Of a stretch of 64,000 nt of DNA, positions 23,415 to 35,294 are shown one piece after another. The notes beneath the pieces were generated by a model. That model saw only the letters and a list, made by a program, of their open reading frames with translations, was not told the DNA's origin and searched no databases. How positions within the stretch are numbered: the first letter of the stretch is position 1; every line of letters starts with the position of its first letter. Source of the DNA: Squalus acanthias (lineage: Eukaryota); NCBI GenBank assembly GCA_030390025.1, contig JASTWF010000048.1:1860001-1924000 (forward strand). The letters are read 5' to 3'. Position numbers and translations under genes: made by a program.

Positions 23415-24390
23415 TATGATTGCTGCCTACTCCATCACATTGTGATTGACTGCCCCGCCTCCTCAAAGTCTGATTGACAGCCCCGCCTCCTCACATCTGA
23501 TTGACAGCCCCGCCTCAGCACAGTCTGATGGACAGCCCCGCCTTCTCGCAGTCTGATTCCCAGCCCTGCCTCCTCACATCTGATTGATAGCTCCTCCTCC
23601 ACAGAGTTTGATTTACAGCCCCGCCTCCTCACAATCTGATTGACAGTCCCGCCTCCTCATATGCTGATTGACAGCCCCGCCTCCTCATATTTTAATTAAA
23701 AATCACAAGCTTTCAGAGCGCTGCTCCTTCGTCAGGTGAAGTGAAGAGATACATATAGGCACAGCATATATAGTCAGAGAACACAGCCAGATGATTACAG
23801 TTAATCTTTCCAACTGCCCTTTATCTCTTCGCCTTCACCTGACGAAGGAGCAGCGCTCCGAAAGCTTGTGATTTCAAATAAACCTGTTGGACTATAACCA
23901 GGTGTTGTGCGACTTCTCAAATATGTCCATCCCAGTCCAACACCGGCATCTCCACATCACAGTATAATTGACAGCCCCACCTGCTCAATGTTTGTTGTAC
24001 AGCCCCAGATCCTCAAAGTTTGATTGAACCCCTGGGCTGCCTCACAATCTGATGGTCAGCCCGTCCCGCACCCTTAGATTCGGACTGACAGGACCGCTTT
24101 CCCTGACAGTATGCTTAACAGCCCCGCCCCACACAATCTGATTGAATGCCCCACCCCTCAGACTTAAGACAGCCCAGTCCCCTCAGCCTGAATGGCAGAT
24201 CTGCCCACTCACAGTCTGATTGACATCTTCGGTTCCCTCACAGTCTAACTGACTGGCCCGAGCCTCAGACTGTGAGGGGCCGGGGCAGTCAATTAGACCT
24301 TGAGGGAGCCGAAGCTGTCAATCAGGCTGTGAGGGTCGCTGTAATCGATTAGACTGTGAGTGACATCTTCGGCTCCCTCACAGTCTAATT
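23415..24390. repeat. ~28-bp TGATTGACAG/CCCCGCC minisatellite, interrupted by a Penelope remnant
   Basis: Unit tctgattgacagccccgcctcctcaca at 23471, 23498, 23637, 23665 and others. Degenerate continuation after 23960. Confidence 0.85.
23697..23960. mobile_element. Penelope-type terminal-repeat remnant with inverted arms, each carrying a minimal hammerhead motif
   Basis: Arms at ~23697-23750 and ~23823-23876 are reverse complements. Motif TCAC-CTGACGA-AGGAGCAGCGCTCC-GAAA-GCTT-GTGA at 23835-23871. Confidence 0.65.
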
Positions 24391-24394
24391 GAAG

Positions 24395-25420
24395 ATGGTT
24401 GTGGTGGTTGAAGGTCCTTCATCACAACCCCAGGACGTCGCTGCAGGAGTTCTCCGGGCAGTGTTCTAGGCCCAAACATCTTCATTTACTTCATCAATGA
24501 CCTTCCCTCCAACATAATGTCAGAAATGTAGATGTTAGCTAAATCCTACACATGTTTAGTGCCATTCACAACTCCTCGGATAATGAAGCAGTCCATGCTC
24601 GCATGCAACATGAGCTGGACAACGTACAGGTTTGGGCTAATAAGTGGCAGGTAACATTCGCGCCACAGAAGTGCAAGGCTGTGACTATCACCACCACCGA
24701 GTGTCTAACCACCATCCTGTGACATTGAACGGCATCGCCGAATCACCCCCCATCAACATCCTGGGGGTCATCATTGATCAGAAAGCTAACTGGATCAACC
24801 ACATAAATATTGTGGAAACAAGGTGGTGCATTCTGGGCGAGTGTCTCACCTCCTGACTCCACAAAACCTTTCTAGCATCTACAAGGCACAAGTCAGGAAT
24901 GTGATGGAATAATCTCCACTTGCCTGGATGAGTGCAGCTCCAACAGCATTCAAGAAGCTCGACCCCATCCAGGAAAAGGCAGCCGGCTTGATCAACACCC
25001 CATTCACCACCTTAAACATTCACTCCCTCCACCACCGGCGAACCGTGGCTGCAGTGTGTACCATCTACAAGATGCACTGCAGCAACTCGCCAAGGCTTTA
25101 ACGGCAGCACCTCCCAAAACCGCGAGATCTTCCATCCAGAAGAGCAAGGGTAGCAGGCTCATGGGAACACCTCCACCTCCAAGTTCCTCTCCAAGTCACA
25201 CACCATCCTGACTTTGAAGAACATCGCCGATCCTTCATCGTCGCTGGGTCAAAATCCAGGAACACCCTACCAAACAGCACTATGGGAATATTTTCACCAC
25301 ACGGACTGCAGCTGTTCAAGAAGGCGGCTCACCAGCACCTTCTCAAGGGCAACTAGGGATTGGCAATAAATTCTGGCGTTGCCATCGACGCACACGTCCC
25401 AGAAGCGAATTAAAATAAAA
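24395..25420 (+). mobile_element. Non-LTR retrotransposon 3' fragment
   Basis: Degenerate RT C-terminal coding (ELDNVQVWANKWQVTFAPQKC). Its 3' tail recurs at 5985-6260, 19720-19990, 27390-27810, 31240-31750 and 39320-39670. Confidence 0.8.
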
Positions 25421-25881
25421 GATCTCTCACTTCTGAGTCAGAGCTTTGTGTGTTCAAGTCCCACTCCAGTGACATGAGCAGACATATCTAAGCTGAGGCA
25501 GTGTTGCACTTTCGGAGGGGCCGATCTGAAGGAGTGCTGTACTGTCAGAGGGGCCACACTAAGGTGCACTACCGAAGCTTCAGTTCTGGCCAATGTTTAT
25601 CCCTCAACTAACATCACTAAGCATAACTGTTGATCTGGTCATTATCATATTGGCTGTTTGTGGGAGCTTGCCTTGCATGGATTTGCTGCGGTGTTTCCTA
25701 CATTACCGCAGTGACTAGACTTAAAAATGTGGCGTAATTGGCGTTTAAGCTTTTCAGCACGCCCCGAGGCCGTGACACGCGCCATAGAAATGCAAACTCG
25801 TTCCATCCTTTAGTAATGAAGTCGACTAATGGGGACCCCTTCACAGCTGGTGATGAGCGCACGGTAGGAGGCGACGGAGAA

Positions 25882-25920
25882 GGTTTTTGTATCAGTCTGC
25901 GGCAGTTTTGTACCGCTGTG
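25882..25920 (-). other. 23-RSS of V7
   Basis: CACAGCG - 23 bp - ACAAAAACC. Confidence 0.95.
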
Positions 25921-26367
25921 CGTTACTCGCCGCGCAGTAATAGATCGCAGAGTCTGACTGTTCGGAGCCGTTCAGGTGCAGAGTGAACTGGTTGTTGGCA
26001 GCCTCGAGATGCACTGCGAATCGCTTCTCGAAATCGGGCCCACAGCTGCCGTACTCACTGCACATCCACTCTAGCGCGCCGCCCTTTTGCCTGTACCAGA
26101 ACATGTTGTAGCTGCTCATGCCACCTCCCTCCAAACTGCAGCCGAGAGTGATCGTCTGTCCCGGTGGAATAGCGGCCGCGGCTGGAGACTGGACCATAGT
26201 GGGTGCCGCCCGGACCACTAGATTAGATATTCAAAAAAAAGGCCTGTAAATGCAAGCTCTTCCTTTCTATTTTACTGTTGGCAAAGTATAGTTTAATGCT
26301 TACCACAGATCGGCAGAACGAGTGTCAACGTGACCAAGGTTGGGAGCAGTGTAGACGAGAAACACAT
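25921..26367 (-). CDS. TRBV: TCR V segment V7 (family D, C-x5-C CDR2), functional
   Basis: Leader 26304-26367 (MCFSSTLLPTLVTLTLVLPIC), 86-bp intron. V exon 25921-26217: MVQSP..LGCSLEGGGMSSYNMFWYRQKGGALEWMCSEYGSCGPDF..DSAIYYCAASN. Confidence 0.9.
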
Positions 26368-27083
26368 TGTCCTTCTCACGCAGTGAAACAGAGCCTTTGC
26401 GACAGCAGGCCACACATCAAATTTATCTCCTCGAAGGAAATGCCACCGCTGGTGACGAATTATGCGGGAGGGTCGAGCAGCCAATCGTGTGTTTGGGCCA
26501 CGCAAGATTGAACATATGAGACGCGGTTCCTTTGATGACGTGGTGTTTGCAAAATCGCAAGCTAAGAAGCAAGATCATACCATGCAATCGTCGAATCTTG
26601 AAGCGCAGAAGGAGACCATTCGGCCCATCGAGCCTCTGCTGGCTCTTTGAGAGAGCTATCAAATTGGATCCACTCCTCTGCTCTTCCGGATACCCCTGCA
26701 AATTGCATGTTTGGTACATCCTTCTTTCTAGCCTACTTTTTTTTCTTGCTGTCTTTCGTTGCTTGTTTCCATGTTGATTTCCCTTTCTCTCCCTTTCTCT
26801 CATTTTTTTCTTGTGTTCCTCATTACTTTGCTTCTTTCTTTCTGCCCAGCCTTCATACATTGATTTATGTCTTCCGTCCTTTCAAGCCAATTTGCATTCT
26901 CTTCCATTGATAAGAAGTGAAATTATTTGGACTGCAGTGCACCAGAGTTGAGGTCGAAGATCAGCCATGCTCATATCGAAAGGCGGAGCAGGCTCGAGGG
27001 CCGATTGGCCTATTCTTGCTCCTATTGCTTATGTTCTCATCAAATGATGACATTCTAGTGAGAATGGAGTATATGTGGTGCAG

Positions 27084-27101
27084 CAGTGCCATCTAGTGGT
27101 G
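27084..27101 (-). promoter_or_regulatory. CTCF motif in the family-D duplication unit
   Basis: rc CACCACTAGATGGCACTG. Paralogues at 30910-30927 (mutated), 34881-34898 (intact) and 39131-39148 (degenerate). Confidence 0.6.
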
Positions 27102-28429
27102 TAGTAGTATACGACACTTAAGGAGCACATGACAATAATAAAGAAGGCAAGATTGACTTGCATTTATATAGCGCCTTTCACGAACACCGGACGTCTGTAG
27201 CGCTTTACAGAATACAAAGTACTTTTGAAGTGGAGTCACTGTTGTAATGTGGGAACCGCGGCAGCCAATTTGCGCAAAGCAAGCTCCCACAAACAGCAAT
27301 GTGATACTGTCCAGATAATCTGTTTCTGTCCTGTTGGCTGATAGTCTCGAAATTAATAGGTTCAGAGCGTTTATATATATATTTTATTCTTTTGAGGGAA
27401 GTGGGCTTCGCTGGCAAGGCCTCCATTTATGGCCCATCCCCAATTGCCCTTCAGATGGTGGTGGGGAGCCGCCGTCTTGAACCGCTGCAGTCCGTGTTGT
27501 GAAGGTATTTCTACAATGCTATTAGCAAGGGAGTTCCAGGATTTTGCCTGCTGCCCTTGTCCTTCTCGGTGGAATAGGTCGTTGGGAGGTGCTGCCGAAG
27601 AAGCCTTGGCGAGTTGCTGCAGTGCATCTTGTAGATGGTACACACTGCAGCCACGGTCCGCTGGTGGTGGAGGGAGTGAATGTTTAAGGTGGTGGATGGG
27701 GTACCGATCAAGCGGGATGCTTTGCCCTGGATAGTGTCGAGCTTCTTGAGTGTTGTTGGAGCTGCACTCATCCAGGCAAGTGGAGATTATTCCATCACAC
27801 TCCTTACTTGTGCCTCCATAGAGACGGTGACGTAATAAAACGTCACAAAGCGCTTCGCAGGTGCGTAAATCAGGCTGAATGTGACACCGAGCCACATAAG
27901 GAGATATTAGGTCAGCTGACCAACAGCGCAGTCGAAGATGTAGGTTTTAGTTGTGTTTAACAGAGGGAGAGAGATGCGGAGAGATTTAGGGAGCGAATTC
28001 CAGATCCTAGTGCCCGGACAGCTGAAGGCAAGGCATTCAATGGCAGTTGAAAATAGGGGATCCGGAAGGGGCTGGATTTGGAGGATTACAGAGATCTCGG
28101 AGGGTTCTGGGGCTGGAGGAGTTAGGGAGGGTGCGAGGCCGCGGAAGGATTTGAAACCAAGGATGATAATTCTAACATCGCGTGACGTTGCTGATTGATG
28201 TGTGAACTGGATTTGGTGCGAGTTTTGAAAATGGCAGCAGAGTTTCGGATGAGCTGAAGTTTAGGAGCAGGCAAGGTGGTAGGTCTTCCAGGAGATCATG
28301 GGAATATTCTGTAGCAGAATTCGTCTACAACGAAATTAGTTCACTCCAAACCCAGATATGAGTTGAGGAAATCGCCATTTTGCGGTTCAAATTCATCTGT
28401 TCCTCCTAAGCTTGCTGCACTTACCTTAT

Positions 28430-29045
28430 AGAATCATAGAATGGTTACAGCACAGAAGGAGACCATTCGGCTCTCTGCAAAAACACTTCAGCTAGTCCCA
28501 CTCCCCCGCCCTTTCCCCCTAGCCCTGCATTATTTTTCCGTTTAGGTACTTTACCAATTCCCTTTCGAAAGCCACGATTGCATTTGCCTCCACCACCTCC
28601 TCAGGCAGAGCATTCCGTATCCTAACCACTCGCTGCATAAAAAAAGTTTTTCCTCATGTCGCCTTTGGTTCTTTTGCCAATCAGCTTGAATCTGTGTCCT
28701 TTGGTTCTTGACCCTTCCGCCAATGGGAATTGTTTCTCTTTATCTACTATGCCTAGACCCCTCATGATTTTGAACACCTCTATCAAATCTCCTCTCAACC
28801 TTTCCTGCTCTAAGGTGAACAACACTAGACTCTCGAGTCTATCCACGTAACTGAAGTCCGTTATCCCTGGAACCATTCTTGTAAATGTTTTCTGCAACTT
28901 CTCTAAGGCATTCAAATCCTTCGTAAAGTGCGGTGGTCAGAATAGGACAGAATACTCCAGTTCAGGCCGGACCAGTGTTTTATACAGATTCATCATAACT
29001 TCCTTGCTTTTGTATACTATGCCTGTATTTATGAAGTCCAGGATG
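28430..29045 (-). mobile_element. CR1 3' fragment (duplicated at 32370-33005)
   Basis: ORF 28622-28915 (ALEKLQKTFTRMVPG..RGDLIEVFKIMRG). Confidence 0.85.
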
Positions 29046-29578
29046 TCATGACTCTATTCCAAAATGTTATTTGGAATGGTGCACGTTTTCACAGCCGTGG
29101 CTCGTTTAGTAGACCTCTCGCCACTGAGTCAGAGGGTCGTGTGTTCAAGTCCCACTCCAGAGTCATGGTCAGACATATCTAGACTGAGGCATTGTTGCAC
29201 TTTCGGAAGGGCAGTGACGAAGGAGTGCTGCACTGTCAGAGGAGCCACACTAAGGGAGTGTTGCACTGTCAAAAGTACAGTTCTGGTCAATGTTTATCCC
29301 TCAACCAACATCACTAAGCAAAACTGATGATCTGGTTACTATCATATTGTCTTTTTGTGGGGGCTTGCTGTGCATGGATTGGCCGCGGCGTTTCCTAAAT
29401 TACAGCAGCGAAAAGACTTAAAAAAACGACGTCATTTGCGGTTAAGTTTTTTAGCACGCCCCGAGTTCATGACCCGCGCCATACAGATGCAAACTCGTTC
29501 CTTCCTTTAGTAATTAAGTTGTCCAGAGGGGACCCCTTCACAGGTGGCATAGAGTGCACGGTGGGAGGCGGGGGAGAA

Positions 29579-29617
29579 GGTTTTTGTATCAGTCTGCAGC
29601 AGTTTTGTACCGCTGTG
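29579..29617 (-). other. 23-RSS of V8
   Basis: CACAGCG - 23 bp - ACAAAAACC. Confidence 0.95.
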
Positions 29618-30064
29618 CGATACTCGCCGCACAGTAGTAGGTCGCAGAGTCTGACTGTTCGGCGCCGTTCAGGTGCAGAGTGAACTGGTTATTGGCAGCC
29701 TCGAGTTGCTTTGCGAATCGCTTCTCGAAATCGGGCCCACAGCTGCCGAAGGCACTGCACATCCACTCGAGCGCGCCGCCCTTTTGCCTGTACCAGAACA
29801 TGGTATAGCTGCTCATGCTCGCTCCCTCCAAACTGCAGCCGAGAGTGATCGTCTGTCCCTGTTTAATAGCCGCCGCGGATGGAGACTGGACCACAGTGGG
29901 TACTGCCCCGATCCCTAGATTAGATATTCAACAGAAAAAGGCCTGTAAGTGCAATCTCTTCATTTTTTTTACTGTTGGCAATGGATAGTTTAATGCTTAC
30001 CACAGATCTGTAGAACGACCGTCAACGTGACCAAGGTTGGGAGCATTGGAGAGGAGAAACCCAT
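29618..30064 (-). CDS. TRBV: TCR V segment V8 (family D), functional
   Basis: Leader 30001-30064 (MGFSSPMLPTLVTLTVVLQIC). V exon 29618-29914: ..SMSSYTMFWYRQKGGALEWMCSAFGSCGPDF..YYCAASI. Confidence 0.9.
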
Positions 30065-33000
30065 GGCCCTGCTCAAGCACTGAAAGAGAACCTTAGCGAC
30101 AACAGTTTACCACTAAAATTGCTCTCCTGGATTGTAATGCCGTTGCTGACGAACTCTGAGGGAAAGTCGAGCAGCCAATCGTGTTGTACCACCGGAAGAT
30201 TGAAGACGTGTGTCGCATTTCCTTTGATGACGTGGTGTTTGCAAAATCGCAAACAAAGAAGCAAGATCATATCATACAATCGTGGAGTCATAAAGCGCAG
30301 AAGCAGGGCATTCGGCCCATCGAGACTGTGCTGGCTCTTTGAGAGAGAGATGAAATTGATTCCACTCCTCTGATCTTTCCGGATAGCCCTGCAAATTGCA
30401 TGTTCGGTACATCTGGCCAAACCGGCTTGGTTATGCGATCCATCTTTTTTTCTTTCCTACTTTGTTTTCTTTCGTTATTTCTTTGCTTCCTTCCTTGTTT
30501 ATTTACATTTCTCTCCCTTTCTGCCCTTTTTTTTCTTTTGCTTCTCATTACTTCCCTTCTTTCTTTCTGTCCTGCCTACATTCATTGCTTTGTCTCTTAG
30601 GTCCTTCGAAATCAATTTGCCTTCTCTTCCAATGATATCAAGTGAAATATTGCGCTTCACTTCACCAGAGGGCTATGGATGCTCAGCCGCTGAGCATTTT
30701 CAAGACGGATAGCGATATATTTTTGGACACTGTGGGAATCAAGGAATGTGGGGATAATGCGGGAAAGTGGAGTTGAGATCGAAGATCAGCCATTCTCTTA
30801 TTGAATGGTGGAGCAGGCTCGACGGGCCGTGTGGCCTACTTCTGCTCCTATTGATTACGTTCTCATGAAATGATTAAATTCCAGTGAGAATGGAGTATAT
30901 GTGGTGCAGCAATGGCATCTAGTGGTGTAGTAATATATGACACGTAAGGAGCACGTGACAATAATAAGGAAAGCAAGAATAACTTGCATTTATACAGCGC
31001 CTTTCACGACCACCGGATGTCTCAACGCGCTTTACAGCCGACGAATTACTTTTGAAGTGGTGTCACTGTTGTAATGTGGGGAAAGCGGCAGTCAATTTGC
31101 GCACAGAAAGCTCCCACAAACAGCAATGTGAAAATGACCAGATCGTCTGTTTTTGTCATGTTGGTTGCTAGTCTCGAAATTGACAGGTGCAGATCATTTA
31201 TATATATATATATATATATACATATCTACATATCTTATTCGTTTATGGGATGTGTGCGTCGCTGGCAAGGCCAGAATTTATTGCCCATCCCTAATTGACC
31301 TTTAGAAGAAGGTAGTGAACCGCCGTCTTGACCGCTGCAGTCCGTGTGGTGAAGGAACACCTACATTGCTATTTGAGACTGAGTTCCAGGATTTTGAACC
31401 AGCGACGATGAACGATACGCGATATAATTCTAAGTCAGGATGGTGTGTGACTTGGAGGGGAACTTGGAGGTGGTGGTCTCCCCATGCGCCTGCTGCCCTT
31501 GTCCTTCTCGGGGGAAGAGGTCACGGGTTTGGGAGGAGCTGCCGAAAAAGAGCCGAGATGCTGCAGTGCATCTTGTAGATGGTAGACACTGCAGCGACGG
31601 TACGCCAGTGATGGAGGGAGTGAATGTTTAAGGTGGTGGATGGGGTGCCAATCAAGCGAGCTGCTTTGTCTTCGATGGAGTCGAGCTTCTCGAGTGTTGC
31701 TGGAGCTGCACTCATCCAGGTATTTGGAGAGCATTCCATCACACTCCTTACTTTTTCCTCTATAGCGTCTGTGACGTAGGAAAACGTCACAAAGCGATTT
31801 GCAGGAGCGTAAGTCAGGCCGAATGTGACACCGAGCCACCTAAGGAGATAAAAGGACAGCTGACCAAAAGCTCAGCCGAAGAGGTAGGTTTTAGGAGCGT
31901 TTAAAAGAAGGAGAGGCCGAGAGGTTTAGGGAGGGAATTCCAGACCCTGGGGCCCAGACAGTTGAGGGCACGGCCGCCAATGGTGGAGTTGAAATTCGGG
32001 GATGCGGAAGGGGCCGGAATTAGAAGAGTGCAGAGATCTCAGAGGGTTGTGGGGCTGGAGGAGATAGGGAGGGGGCGAGGCCACGGATGGATTTGAAACC
32101 AAGGAAGATAATTCTAAAATCGCGACGTTGCTGATTGATGTGTGAACGGGAAGTGGTGCGGTGTTTGATACCGGGAGCAGAGTTTCGGATGAGCTGAAGT
32201 TTAGGATCGGGCAAGGTGGGAGGCCTTCCAAGAGATCACTGGAATAGTCTGCAGCAGAATTCGGCTACAACGAAAATAGTCCACTCCTAACGCAGATATG
32301 AGGTGAGGAAAACCCCATTTGTGCGGTCCAAATTCAGCTGTTCATTCTAAGCTTGCTGCACTTACATTATCGAATCATAGAATGGTTACAGCACAGAAGG
32401 AGGCCATTCGCTCCGTCGAGCCCGTGCCGGCTCTCTGCAAAAACACTTCACCTAGTCCCACTCCCCCGCCATTTCCCCGTAGCCCTGCATTATTTTCCCG
32501 TTTAGGTACTTATCCAAGTCCCTTTCGAAAGCCACGATAGAATCTGCCTCCACCACCCTCTCAGGCAGTGCATTCCAGATCCTAACCACTCGCTGCATAA
32601 AAAAAGTTTTTCCTCATGTCTCCTTTGGTTCTTTTGCCAATCACCTTGAATCTGTGTCCTTTGGTTCTCGACACTTCCGCCAATGGGAACAGTTTCTCTC
32701 TATCTACTCTGTCTAGACCCCTCACGATTTAAATACCTCTATCAGATCTCCTCTCAACCTTCTCTGCTCTAAGGAGAACAACCCCAGCTTCTCCAGTCTA
32801 CCAAGTAACTGACGTCCCTCATCTCTAGAACCATTCTTGTAAATCTTTTCTGCACCTTCTCTAAGGGCTCCAAATCCTTCCTAAAGTGCGGTGGTGAGAA
32901 TTGGACACAATACTCCAGTTGATGCCGGAACAATGCTTTAGAAATGTTCTTAATAACTTCCTTGCTTTTGCACTCTCTATCTGTATTTATCAAGCCAAGG

Positions 33001-33532
33001 ATGCCATGACTCTATCCCAAAATGTAATTTGGAATGCTGCAAGTTTTAGCAACCATGGCTCGTTTGGTCGACCTCTCGCCACTGAGTCAGAGGGTCGTGT
33101 GTTCAAGTCCCACTCCAGAAACATGGTCAGACATATCTAAGCTGAGGCAGTGTTGCACTTCGGAGGGGCAGTGCTGAAAGAGTGTTGCACTCTCAGAGCG
33201 GTCACACTAAGGGAGTGCTGCACTGTCGAATGTTCAGTTCTGGACAATGTTTATCCCTCAACCAACATCACTAAGCAAAACTGATGATCTGGTCATTGAC
33301 ACATTGGCTGTTTGTGGGAGCTTGCTCTGCATGGATTGGCTGCGGCGTTTCCTACATTACGGCAGCGACTAGACTTTAAAATATGGCGTCATTGGCGGTT
33401 AAGCTTTTCAGCACGCCCCGAGGTCATGACCCGCGCCATGGAAATGCAATCTCGTTACTTCCTTTCGTCATCAATTTATCCAGATGGGACCCCTTCACAG
33501 GTGGCGATGAGCGTACGGTGGGCGGGACAGGA

Positions 33533-33571
33533 GGTTTTTGTATCAGCCTGCGGCAGTTTTATGTCGCTGTG
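33533..33571 (-). other. 23-RSS of V9
   Basis: CACAGCG - 23 bp - ACAAAAACC. Confidence 0.95.
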
Positions 33572-34028
33572 CGAGACTCGCCGCACAGTAGTAGGTTGCA
33601 GAGTCTGACTGTTCGGAGCCTTCCAGATGCAGAGTAAACTGGTTATTGTCAGCCTCGAGTTGCACTGAGAATCGCTTCTCGAAATCGGGCCCACAGCTGC
33701 CGTAGGCACTGCACATCCACTCAAGCGCGCCGCCCTTTTGCCGATACCAGAACATGGTGTAGGTGCTCATGCTCGCTCCCTCCAAACTGCAGCCGAGAGT
33801 GATCGTCTGTCCCGGTGGAACAGCGGCCGCGGATGGAGACTGGACCACAGTGGGTGCTGCCCGGACCCCTAGATTAGATATTCAACAGAAAAAAAGGCCT
33901 GTAAATGCAAGCAATTCCTTTTTTGTAACCGTTGGCAATGGATAGTTAAATGCTTACCGCTTACCACAGATCACTAGCACGAACGTTAACGTGACCAAGG
34001 CTGGAAACATTGTAGACGAGAAACACAT
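33572..34028 (-). CDS. TRBV: TCR V segment V9 (family D), functional
   Basis: Leader 33965-34028 (MCFSSTMFPALVTLTFVLVIC). V exon 33572-33868: ..SMSTYTMFWYRQKGGALEWMCSAYGSCGPDF..YYCAASL. Confidence 0.9.
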
Positions 34029-35294
34029 CGCTCCTCTCACGCAGTGAAACAGAGCTTTTGCGACAGCAGGCCACACACTAAATTGCTCTTCTCGAATGGC
34101 AACGCCACCGCTGGTGAAGAACTATGCGGGAAGGCCGAGCAGCCAATCGTGTGATTGGACCACGCAATATTGAACACATGAGACGCGTTTCCTTTGATGA
34201 CGTGGAGTTTGCAAAATCGCAAACAAAGAAGAAAGATCATACCATACAATCGTCGAAACATGAAGCTCAGAAGGAGGCCATTCGGACCAGCGAGCCTGTG
34301 CTGGCTCTTTGAGAGAGCTCTCGCACTGGTTCCACTCCTCTGCTCTTTCCGGACACTTCTGCAAATTGCATGTTCGGTACATGTAGCGAAAGCGCCTGGG
34401 TTGAGCTGCCCATTTTTCTTTTCTTTCATACTTTTTTTATTCCTTTCTTCCTCTGCTTCATTCCTTGTTTATTTCCCTTTCTCTCCCTTTCTCTCCTTTG
34501 TTCGTTTGTTCCTGATTGCTTTCCTTCTTTCTTTCTGCCCTGCCTCCATTCATTGCTTTTTTCCTTCGTTCCTTCCAAGCCTAGTTGCCTTCTCTTCCAT
34601 TGTTAAGAACTGAAATTATTTGGGCTTCACTACACTAGACGGTTGTGGATGCTCAGTCGCTGAGCATTTTCAAGACTGATAGCGATAGATTTTTGTAGAC
34701 GAAGGGAATCAAGGGATATGTGGGATAATGCGGGAAAGTGGAGTTGAAGTCGAAGATCAGCCATGCTCATATTGAATGGTGGAGAAGGCTCGACGGGCAG
34801 TATGGCCTACTTCAGCTCCGATTGATTGTGTATTCATGAAATGATTAAATTCCAGTGAGAATGGGGTATATGTGGTTCAGCAGTGCCATCTAGTGGTGTA
34901 GTTGTATATGACACTTAAGGAGCACATGACAATAATAAAGAAAGAAAGACTTGCCTTTAGAAAATGCCTTTCACGACCACTGGACGTCTCAAAGAGCTTT
35001 ACAGCCAACAAAGCACCTTTGAAGTGGAGTCACTGTTGTAATGTGGGAAACGCGGCAGCCAATTTGCGCACAGCAAGCTCCCACAAACAGCAATGTGAAA
35101 ATAACCCGATCGTCTGCTTTTGTCATGTTAATGTCTACTCCCGAAATTGATAGGTTCAGAGCATTTACATATATATATTTTTATTCGTTTATGGGATTTG
35201 GGCGTCGCTGGCAAGGCCAGTATTTATTATCCATCCCTAATTGCTCTTCAGAAGATCGTGGTGAGCCGTCATTTGATAGATTTGATTTGGCTAA

